Assembly: GCA_041572575.1 (NCBI GenBank)
Contig: JBFFSH010000073.1
Coordinates: 1-12,898 of the forward strand
Direction of reading: 5' to 3'
Length of the DNA: 12,898 bases
Source: Thermodesulfobacteriota bacterium
GTDB lineage: Bacteria > Desulfobacterota_D > UBA1144 > Nemesobacterales > N074bin48
A program made the translations under genes and the position numbers. The first letter of the stretch is position 1. Each line of letters starts with the position of its first letter. Of the stretch, positions 1 to 7,111 are shown piece by piece. Below the pieces are notes generated by a model that was not told where the DNA came from, made no database searches, and was given only the letters and a program-made list of their open reading frames with translations.

Positions 1-1
1 A

Positions 2-118
2 TACAATGGAATTGACAGAAAACACTTTGTTTTGTATCTAAAAGAGATGGAATTTAGATTTAATAACAGAAATGTAGATTTAGTTAATAAAATAAAGGAG
101 ATTCTGCATTACTTATAG
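2..118 (+). CDS. IS1595-family DDE transposase, C-terminal 38 aa (5' partial)
   Basis: Manual translation of frame +2: YNGIDRKHFVLYLKEMEFRFNNRNVDLVNKIKEILHYL*. This matches the family C-terminal signature G(I/V)xxxHxxxYLxExxFRFNxR. TAG at 116-118. Confidence 0.88.
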   Translation, partial: YNGIDRKHFVLYLKEMEFRFNNRNVDLVNKIKEILHYL

Positions 119-138
119 CTCTGTTCTATGCGAGCTCC
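119..138. repeat. Putative right terminal inverted repeat of the IS1595-family element
   Basis: Relatively GC-rich segment directly after the transposase stop, ending in CC, with an abrupt switch to a T run. The partner left repeat is outside the window, so the inner boundary is approximate. Confidence 0.55.
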
Positions 139-156
139 TATTTTTTTAATACTCAT
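139..156 (-). pseudogene. Possible 5' stub (MSIKKI) of a leftward gene interrupted by the IS
   Basis: Minus strand reads GGGAGG (171-166), 9 nt, ATG (156-154) AGT ATT AAA AAA ATA, then runs into the IS end at 138 and stops at TAA 111-109. Confidence 0.45.
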
Positions 157-361
157 TTATTAAATCCTCCCAAGATTTATTTATTGATTTTATTGTGAAT
201 TTGTCGGTTAAAAAATAAGAATTCATTTACTAAATCCACACAAAGCAAAAGAATTCAGTATATAATTTTATGTCTCTACATCACCCCCTCTTAATGCGCC
301 AGTTTAATAGTTATTACTTAAGTATCAATACCATGCTTAAGTATTAAGCTATATTATGTCT

Positions 362-390
362 ATGTTATAACAAATTAATTTTATTGTCAA
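362..390 (-). promoter_or_regulatory. Candidate sigma70 promoter firing leftward
   Basis: Minus strand TTGACA (390-385), 17 bp spacer, TAACAT (367-362). Confidence 0.4.
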
Positions 391-432
391 TAATCGATTA
401 AATACTAAAAGCTTCAATAACCATTAATTTTA

Positions 433-461
433 TTGACTTTTAGGTCTTAACAATTCAATAT
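433..461 (+). promoter_or_regulatory. Candidate sigma70 promoter of the 497-1294 gene
   Basis: TTGACT (433-438), 17 bp spacer, CAATAT (456-461, weak -10). Shine-Dalgarno GGAGG at 483-487. Confidence 0.3.
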
Positions 462-496
462 TTCTTTATTAACAGATCAATTGGAGGGGTAAAAAT

Positions 497-1294
497 ATGA
501 AAGTTTCAAAATATCTTGTTTTATTATTAGTACTTTGTATTACATCTGCCGGCTCATTTGTAAGAGCGGATGAGCATGAGATGAAAGAAGAAGCAAAAAA
601 GATGGAACTTCCTGGTCCACAGCTTGTAACGGATGCCTGGATGTTTATTACCGCTTATAAAGCCGATCCAGCAGTTTTAAAAGCACTTCTTCCTAAGGGT
701 TTAGAGCCTACAGGTCATATTGTTATGAATATGTACACAGTACCAACAGCAGAGCAGACCTCTGGCTTTGGCGCGTACACACTCACATATCTAACGGTTG
801 AGCTAAAAGATCATGACTCTTATGTGATGAACAGTGATATTACTTATCCTGGTAGATATTTTGTTCACTATTATAACAGCTCACCAACAATGAGAGCCTT
901 TACTGAAAAAGTTGGTATTCCTGCTCAGGAAGGTGTTACCACAACAACAGTTAAAGACGGCAAGCTTACTGCAGTTTTACATATAGATGGAAAACCCGTG
1001 ATTACTTCTACAGCGGATGTTGGAAGTGAGCTTGGTGGGTTTGGTGGTGGTCATCTAAACTATTTTGGCCTGATCAAGACTGAAAAAGACGGTAAAAAAG
1101 TAAATCAGGTTGTAAAATATCCGATACCTTTTAACGGCGGAGCAGTTGAAACCACGAATGTGAAAATAAATTTCACAGCACCAGAGGGTCATTCACTAAA
1201 TAAAGTAAAACCACTTGCTGCAGAGCCTGTATGGGCTGTTTGGATGAAAGGAAGTTTTGTATATCCTCAGCATCAGGTTATAAATGAATTCTAG
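497..1294 (+). CDS. Exported acetoacetate-decarboxylase (ADC)-like fold protein, catalytic residues apparently not conserved
   Basis: SD GGAGG at 483-487. Sec-type signal peptide MKVSKYLVLLLVLCITSAGSFVRA|D. ADC-like blocks are colinear with Adc: YKADPAVLKALLPKGLE, TSGFGAYT, GRYFVHYY, GIP, KDGKLTAVLHIDGKPVITST. Confidence 0.75.
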   Translation: MKVSKYLVLLLVLCITSAGSFVRADEHEMKEEAKKMELPGPQLVTDAWMFITAYKADPAVLKALLPKGLEPTGHIVMNMYTVPTAEQTSGFGAYTLTYLTVELKDHDSYVMNSDITYPGRYFVHYYNSSPTMRAFTEKVGIPAQEGVTTTTVKDGKLTAVLHIDGKPVITSTADVGSELGGFGGGHLNYFGLIKTEKDGKKVNQVVKYPIPFNGGAVETTNVKINFTAPEGHSLNKVKPLAAEPVWAVWMKGSFVYPQHQVINEF

Positions 1295-1307
1295 GATTTA
1301 GATAAAA

Positions 1308-1694
1308 TTATTTAGCAATGAATGTCTTCACCAAAATATAGACCCAAAATGCCGTAGAACAGACAATAGCAAGAAAAACAGCAGAGCTGCCCATATCTTT
1401 TGCTTCTTTTGCAAGGGTACTCTGCTGGGGTGAAGCAAGATCAACCACTCTTTCAATAGAAGAATTTAAGAGTTCTATTATTATCACAAAGACAATAGAC
1501 AGGATAAGTCCCATTTTTACAATAGTAGAAACGGGCAGAAGCACTGCGACTATGCTAAATATGGTAAGTGCAAAAAGTTCCTGTCTAAAAGCGGCTTCAT
1601 TTTTAAATGCAACTTGCAGTCCTGATATAGAATATAATAGTGCGTGCCAAATTCTATTTAATCCTGTTTTACCTGTTTTATTAGCCATTTCCAT
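1308..1694 (-). CDS. dgkA: Diacylglycerol kinase (prokaryotic DgkA family)
   Basis: Motifs YSISGL, EAAFRQE, ELLNSSIERVVD, AKEAKDMGSSAV; three hydrophobic segments. Alternative start ATG at 1688. Confidence 0.96.
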   Translation of the reverse strand: MEMANKTGKTGLNRIWHALLYSISGLQVAFKNEAAFRQELFALTIFSIVAVLLPVSTIVKMGLILSIVFVIIIELLNSSIERVVDLASPQQSTLAKEAKDMGSSAVFLAIVCSTAFWVYILVKTFIAK

Positions 1695-1742
1695 TTAATT
1701 ATTATAAAATATATTAATAGTTAATCATATAATATTAATATA

Positions 1743-2498
1743 ATGAAATTAAACAAAATTGTAGATTTTCTCGATTCTTATTTGGAAATAGATGCTGTAA
1801 AGGATTCCTGCTGGAATGGGCTTCAGTTTGAAGGAAAAGAAAAAGTACAGAAAATCGTCTTTGCTGTTGATGCAGCGGTAGAGACATTTGAGACGGCTGT
1901 AAAAGAAAAAGCCGATATGATAGTTGTACATCACGGCCATTTTTGGAAGAATCAAAATCCATCTGTAACATCCTGGGCCAAAGACAGACTTGATATTCTC
2001 TATAACAATAAAATTTCACTCTATGCCTGCCACCTTCCTCTCGATAGACATAGAGCAGTTGGAAATAATGCTCAGATAATAAAATTAATCGGTGCAAAAA
2101 TTAAAGATGAATTTATGTTTTCAGGAAATAAGAATATTGGCTGGACGGGTGAATTTACTAACTCAAAAGATTTATCTATTATAGAAAAAACACTTACTGA
2201 CAAATTAGATGCTGACTGTACTGTCCTGCCTTTTGGTCCTAAGAGAATAAAACGTGTGGCAGTTTGCAGCGGCGGGGCTGGTTATTCCGGATTCTATGAA
2301 GCCCTTGAATCAAAGGCTGATCTCTTAATAACTGGTGATGCCGTAGAGGTGTATTATTCTGCCAAAGATGCAGGGATTAATATCATCTTTGCAGGGCATC
2401 ATGCTACAGAAATTATTGGACTAATAGCACTCTCAAAAGTAGTGAACAATAAATTTCATATAGATACAAAATTTATTGATCTGCCTACAGGATTATAA
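1743..2498 (+). CDS. Nif3-like dinuclear metal-centre protein (YbgI/DUF34 family)
   Basis: Motifs NGLQFEG, AVDA, VHHG, CHLPLDRH..GNN, VAVCSGG, ITGD, AGHHATE and C-terminal IDLPTGL. Confidence 0.95.
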   Translation: MKLNKIVDFLDSYLEIDAVKDSCWNGLQFEGKEKVQKIVFAVDAAVETFETAVKEKADMIVVHHGHFWKNQNPSVTSWAKDRLDILYNNKISLYACHLPLDRHRAVGNNAQIIKLIGAKIKDEFMFSGNKNIGWTGEFTNSKDLSIIEKTLTDKLDADCTVLPFGPKRIKRVAVCSGGAGYSGFYEALESKADLLITGDAVEVYYSAKDAGINIIFAGHHATEIIGLIALSKVVNNKFHIDTKFIDLPTGL

Positions 2499-2948
2499 AA
2501 TAATCCTTGCCCCAGTAGCAGCTACCACAGCACCAACTAATAAACCATAAACTATATGACCTGCAAGATGAGCTATTGCTACCTCAGAGCCTGCTGTCTT
2601 GAACTTTTCGATGGGGTGGTGCTCAGCTACTGCAACTACAAGAAGAAAACTAAAAGTTACCCCATGAAAAATTCCAATCATAGCCCCAGCACCCAGGGTT
2701 TTAATAGCTGAAGACGGATCTAAGATGCTTATAATAAGAACATAGAAAAAAGCAATTATGATACCTACTCCAAAATGTACAATTACCCCCGGGGTTACTG
2801 CATCATCATATGAGCGGGTGAAAATACTTCCAATTGCTCTTATCATATCCGCATGAGCAAGCCCCGATTTTGTTATTGCCCACATCACAAGCGTCATGCC
2901 TGCAGTACCAATTAAACCGGAAAGCATAGCCTCTATAATTACCTTCAT
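2493..2948 (-). CDS. Small integral membrane protein of unknown function (about 4 TM helices, His-rich)
   Basis: Strong SD GAGGAGGT (2960-2953). Four hydrophobic Gly-rich segments with motifs GLIGTAGMT, GVIVHFGVG, GIFHG, HLAGHIVYG. Confidence 0.85.
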   Translation of the reverse strand: MKVIIEAMLSGLIGTAGMTLVMWAITKSGLAHADMIRAIGSIFTRSYDDAVTPGVIVHFGVGIIIAFFYVLIISILDPSSAIKTLGAGAMIGIFHGVTFSFLLVVAVAEHHPIEKFKTAGSEVAIAHLAGHIVYGLLVGAVVAATGARIIL

Positions 2949-3141
2949 ATCTACCTCCTCTTTCCGTTTATATGTATATTTTACTACTTAATGATTATAA
3001 AATGAATACTTTTATTCCTTTTAATATTTATGATGTAATAGAAATGAGTTTAGTTTCTTTTTAGTTTTATAGTATGATTATGAAATTAATTGAAAAATTT
3101 TAGTAAGATGAAGAGTTAATAAGGTTTAATGGAGGAATTAA

Positions 3142-4848
3142 TTGAAGAAGAAAACAACAACATCAAAAATTGATACAAGAAAGTATTCATCACTTATTGT
3201 AGACGGGGCCGACAGGGCACCAAACCGCTCTATGCTGAGAGCCGTGGGATTTAAGGATAAAGATTTCACAAGGTCAGTTGTGGGAGTGGCTTCTACATGG
3301 AGCATGGTCACTCCATGTAATATGCACATCAATTTACTAGCAGATCATGCAGGCAGAGGGGTGAATGGTGCAGGTGGAAAGTCTGTAATTTTTAACACCA
3401 TCACTGTATCGGATGGTATATCAATGGGTACTCCGGGTATGCGTTATTCTTTAGTTTCAAGAGAGGTAATTGCAGACTCCATTGAAACAGTTGCAGGTGC
3501 TGAGGGATTTGACGGTATTGTAGCAATTGGCGGGTGTGATAAAAATATGCCCGGGTGTCTGATTTCAATTTCAAGGCTTAATAGACCTGCTGTATTTGTA
3601 TACGGCGGTACTATCATGCCGGGCAACTATAAAGGAAAGGACGTAGATATAGTCTCAGTTTTTGAAGCTGTTGGGTCACATGCAAATAACGAAATGTCGG
3701 ACAGAGAGCTTAAGGGGATAGAGTCATGCGCAATACCGGGGGCAGGATCGTGCGGCGGCATGTACACGGCAAACACAATGGCTTCGGCAATTGAGGCTTT
3801 GGGGATGAGCCTTCCAAATAGCTCTGCACAGGCTGCAATATCCAAGGATAAATCTGCAGATTGCTATAATGCAGGAAAAGCCGTGGTAAATCTTATAAAA
3901 AAAGGGATAAGACCAAGTGACATTATGACAAAAAAAGCATTTGAAAATGCTATCACTGTTGTAGCCACACTTGGGGGTTCAACAAATGCAGTACTGCATC
4001 TGCTAGCAATGGCAAATGCAATGAATGTGAAATTAACAATTGATGATTTTACCAGGATTGGTAAGAGAGTTCCTGTACTTGCTGATCTAAAGCCAAGCGG
4101 TAAGTACATGATGGCAGATTTTTGCAGACTTGGCGGGCTTACTCCTCTGCTTAAAATGCTTCTGGGAAAAGGACTTATTCATGGTGACTGTCTGACTGTC
4201 ACGGGGAAAACTGTTAAAGAGAATTTGAGAGGGGTTAAACCTTACCCAAAACCACAGGACATTGTTAAACCATTTAGTAAACCAATTAAAGACTCAAGTC
4301 ACATTGTCATTTTGAGAGGTAATCTGGCACCTGATGGCGGAGTAGCAAAGATAACAGGTAAGGAAGGGCTTTCTTTTACAGGAAAGGCTATAGTGTTTGA
4401 TTCAGAAGAAGCCTGCTTAAAATCCATTCTCAACGGAAGGGTAAAAAAAGGACACGTTATTGTAATAAGATATGAAGGACCAAAGGGCGGGCCCGGGATG
4501 AGAGAAATGCTAAGCCCTACCTCCGCAATTATGGGCAAAGGACTTGGAAACGACGTAGCGTTAATAACAGACGGACGTTTCTCAGGAGGGACACACGGGT
4601 TTGTTGTTGGTCATATCACTCCTGAGGCAATAGACGGCGGAGTAATAGCAGTGGTAAAAAACGGAGATGAAATTACCATAGATGCAAACAAGCACGAGGT
4701 TAATTTAAAAGTATCCAAGGCTGAAATTAAGAGGCGTCTTTCAGCGTGGAAAAAACCCAAGCCAAAGGAAACTTCGGGAGTACTCGCTAAATATGCAAAG
4801 CTTGTTTCATCTGCTTCAGATGGAGCGGTTACTGATAGAAATCTTTAA
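3142..4848 (+). CDS. ilvD: Dihydroxy-acid dehydratase
   Basis: SD GGAGG at 3131-3135 before a TTG start. Motifs [70 protein letters not shown]. Confidence 0.98.
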   Translation: MKKKTTTSKIDTRKYSSLIVDGADRAPNRSMLRAVGFKDKDFTRSVVGVASTWSMVTPCNMHINLLADHAGRGVNGAGGKSVIFNTITVSDGISMGTPGMRYSLVSREVIADSIETVAGAEGFDGIVAIGGCDKNMPGCLISISRLNRPAVFVYGGTIMPGNYKGKDVDIVSVFEAVGSHANNEMSDRELKGIESCAIPGAGSCGGMYTANTMASAIEALGMSLPNSSAQAAISKDKSADCYNAGKAVVNLIKKGIRPSDIMTKKAFENAITVVATLGGSTNAVLHLLAMANAMNVKLTIDDFTRIGKRVPVLADLKPSGKYMMADFCRLGGLTPLLKMLLGKGLIHGDCLTVTGKTVKENLRGVKPYPKPQDIVKPFSKPIKDSSHIVILRGNLAPDGGVAKITGKEGLSFTGKAIVFDSEEACLKSILNGRVKKGHVIVIRYEGPKGGPGMREMLSPTSAIMGKGLGNDVALITDGRFSGGTHGFVVGHITPEAIDGGVIAVVKNGDEITIDANKHEVNLKVSKAEIKRRLSAWKKPKPKETSGVLAKYAKLVSSASDGAVTDRNL

Positions 4849-4909
4849 AGTTTTATAGAATTGAATAGAGCAGTATATGATTAATTAGTATGTATACTAT
4901 TATAAAGAT

Positions 4910-6106
4910 ATGAATATGTTAAATAACAAAAATATAGTGGTTGGAGTAAGCGGGGGTATTGCTGCATATAAGTCATGTGATCTGGTAAGAAAACTTGTCC
5001 TTAGCGGAGCAGACGTGCATGTTGTAATGACCAAGAATGCCCAGCAGTTTGTAACCCCTCTAACCTTTCAAACCCTTTCTAACAATAAAGTATCAGTGGA
5101 TCTATTTGATCTGGAAAGAGAAGCAGAAATAGGTCACATTACACTTGCCGACAATGCTGACCTAATTGTTGTAGCTCCTGCAACCGCATCACTTATTGGG
5201 AAATCAGCCTCTGGTATTGCTGATAATTTGCTAAACACAGTAATTTTAGCAACAAAATCACCTGTGCTTTTTTGTCCTGCAATGAATGTAAACATGTATG
5301 ATAATCCCATAGTGCATGAAAACATAACCAAACTTAATAAACACGGCTATTATATATTGGAACCATCTGAAGGTGCTCTTGCATGCGGCTGGGAGGGTAA
5401 GGGAAGGCTACCCGATGCTCCGATAATAGTTTCAGAAATAGAAAAAATATTAACCCCTGCTGATTTAACAGGTGAAAAGATTTTAGTCACAGCCGGTCCT
5501 ACAAGAGAGTATATTGATCCTGTGAGATTTATTTCAAATCCCTCAAGTGGCAAGATGGGCTATGCTGTTGCAAAGGCTGCGTGGAAAAGGGGTGCCGAGG
5601 TGATACTGGTTTCAGGTACTACTGATACAGAACTTCCGTATGGAGTGAACGCAATTGTTGTAGAATCTGCTGAGCAAATGTATGAAGCTGTGATGAAACT
5701 ATCAGATTGGGCTACAATAGTAGTAAAGGCAGCAGCGGTAGGTGATTATTCAGCTAAGAATTATGAAAAGGATAAAATATCAAAAAGAAAAGTTACATTT
5801 AATCTGGAACTTGAAAAGACCAGGGATATTTTATTTGAGATAGGAAAAAATAAAAACGGTAAATTACTTGTAGGTTTTGCTGCAGAAACTAACGATATAG
5901 TTAAAAAAGGCAAAGCCAAACTCAAAGAAAAGAACCTGGATTTGATTGTTGTAAATGATGTTACTAAAGAAGATTCTGGATTTGCAGTAGATACTAATAG
6001 TGCTTTTGTTTTAAATAGAAATGGTGATGTTAGAGAGTATGATGTAATGCCAAAAGAGATGTTAGCTCATAAAATATTTGATGAACTACTAAAAATTAAT
6101 TCCTAA
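4910..6106 (+). CDS. coaBC: Bifunctional phosphopantothenoylcysteine decarboxylase / phosphopantothenate-cysteine ligase
   Basis: Motifs GGIAAYK, APATA, PAMN, LACG..GKGRL, TAGPTREYIDPVRFISNPSSGKMG, AAVGDY, GFAAET. Alternative start ATG at 4916. Confidence 0.98.
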   Translation: MNMLNNKNIVVGVSGGIAAYKSCDLVRKLVLSGADVHVVMTKNAQQFVTPLTFQTLSNNKVSVDLFDLEREAEIGHITLADNADLIVVAPATASLIGKSASGIADNLLNTVILATKSPVLFCPAMNVNMYDNPIVHENITKLNKHGYYILEPSEGALACGWEGKGRLPDAPIIVSEIEKILTPADLTGEKILVTAGPTREYIDPVRFISNPSSGKMGYAVAKAAWKRGAEVILVSGTTDTELPYGVNAIVVESAEQMYEAVMKLSDWATIVVKAAAVGDYSAKNYEKDKISKRKVTFNLELEKTRDILFEIGKNKNGKLLVGFAAETNDIVKKGKAKLKEKNLDLIVVNDVTKEDSGFAVDTNSAFVLNRNGDVREYDVMPKEMLAHKIFDELLKINS

Positions 6107-6482
6107 TCCTTTGATTCAGCTTTATTACCATTTTTATTTTATCTATTATTTCATCATGCTTTTCGCCTTTGGTAATATAGCTTGCAGCACCCATACCAAG
6201 GCATTTATTAATTTCAGTATAATCCTGAGAACCTGTAAGTATAACAACTGGGATTTTTTTAAATTCCGGATCTGCTTTAATAATCCCCAATACATCTACT
6301 CCGGAAATTTCGGGAAGTGATATATCTAAAATTACTATGTCAGGTTTACTCTGGGCTATTTTTAGAAGTGCATCATTGCCATCCTCAGCGGTTTCGACCT
6401 TAAAGTCATCAACTCTGTTTAAATATTCGGTATAAACTGTTCTTATAGATTGTTCATCGTCAACTAACAAGATTTTAGTCAT
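6096..6482 (-). CDS. Single-domain response regulator (CheY-like receiver)
   Basis: KILLVDDE (D8/D9), phosphoacceptor D53 (VILDISLP), T83, K105; no output domain. Confidence 0.95.
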   Translation of the reverse strand: MTKILLVDDEQSIRTVYTEYLNRVDDFKVETAEDGNDALLKIAQSKPDIVILDISLPEISGVDVLGIIKADPEFKKIPVVILTGSQDYTEINKCLGMGAASYITKGEKHDEIIDKIKMVIKLNQRIRN

Positions 6483-6522
6483 ATAATAAAAGTATGCTGT
6501 TAACAGTAAGTAAAGTAGATAA

Positions 6523-6551
6523 ATTTTAATCCCTACTTAAGAATTAATCAA
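6523..6551 (-). promoter_or_regulatory. Candidate sigma70 promoter of the 6096-6482 receiver gene
   Basis: Minus strand TTGATT (6551-6546), 17 bp spacer, TAAAAT (6528-6523), 40 bp upstream of the ATG. Confidence 0.5.
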
Positions 6552-6668
6552 TGTATTAATAAAACTTTGAGAAAAAAACTATTGTTAAAAAATAAAAATG
6601 TATATTATCGATATCTAAAAAGAGGGCTAACTAGTTGAATTTAATAACAATATGAGGAGTTTGGAGGG

Positions 6669-7049
6669 TTAGGCCCTAACCTTAAGTCTTACAAGAAGCT
6701 TTATTTTTGCAATGATTTCTTCGTGTTCTTCATCTTTTTGTATATAGCCTATGGCACCCATATCGAGACATTCTGTAATAGTATTCATTTCAGCAACTCC
6801 GGAAAACATAATTACCGGTATGTCCTTAGTGGCGGGGTCAGATTTTAGTGCTTGTAAGACTTCTACACCAGATTTGTTGGGCATGAATACATCTAATATA
6901 ACAAGGTGGGGCTTGTCCTCTGCGATTTTTTGCAGAGCATCATTGCCGTCTACTGCGGTCTTTACCTCAAAACCGTCAACAGCCTGAAGGCTTTCACCAT
7001 ACAGGCTTCTAGCTAATTCTTCATCATCTGCAAATAATATTTTTACCAT
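6669..7049 (-). CDS. Single-domain response regulator (CheY-like receiver), paralog of 6096-6482
   Basis: KILFADDE, D53 (VILDVFMP), S83, K105; no output domain. AAGGG SD-like element upstream. Confidence 0.95.
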   Translation of the reverse strand: MVKILFADDEELARSLYGESLQAVDGFEVKTAVDGNDALQKIAEDKPHLVILDVFMPNKSGVEVLQALKSDPATKDIPVIMFSGVAEMNTITECLDMGAIGYIQKDEEHEEIIAKIKLLVRLKVRA

Positions 7050-7111
7050 GCCAAGCCCTTTGTGTAGTAGTCTAAATCAAATTTGAGCGTATTTACAGGG
7101 CGGGTGAAAAT

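Larger units (their letters stand above)
1..138 (+). mobile_element. Right end of an IS1595-family insertion sequence (continues left of the window)
   Basis: Transposase C-terminus at 2-118, followed by about 20 bp ending ...CTATGCGAGCTCC at 138. Its reverse complement, GGAGCTCGCATAGAAC, resembles the GG(G/A)GCT-initiating terminal repeats of the IS1016 group. An AT-rich flank (TATTTTTT, 139-146) follows. Confidence 0.75.

Noticed and set aside
497..1294. Annotation as a true acetoacetate decarboxylase (adc)
   Set aside because: The catalytic Lys and Glu positions appear substituted and the protein has a signal peptide, so the gene symbol was withheld.
1735..2097. Minus-strand ORFs 1735-2097 and 1749-1955
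   Set aside because: Antisense to the well-supported Nif3-family gene, with no recognisable motifs.
2493..2498. Short convergent gene overlaps (6 bp here; 11 bp at 6096-6106)
   Set aside because: Common in compact genomes and not evidence of a functional link.
2949..3141. Intergenic region upstream of ilvD checked for a T-box, attenuator or leader peptide; short TTTAGTTT repeats near 3049-3067
   Set aside because: No T-box sequence, no stable GC stem and no Ile/Leu/Val-rich leader ORF seen; the repeats are low-complexity AT sequence.
3138..5553. Short minus-strand ORFs within ilvD and coaBC (3138-3332, 3444-3626, 3627-3845, 3864-4109, 4299-4538, 5134-5331, 5350-5553)
   Set aside because: Antisense shadow frames of conserved genes, typical of codon-bias mirroring; no independent coding signal.
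6111..6987. Plus-strand ORFs 6111-6320 and 6751-6987
   Set aside because: Antisense to the two receiver genes, with no motifs.
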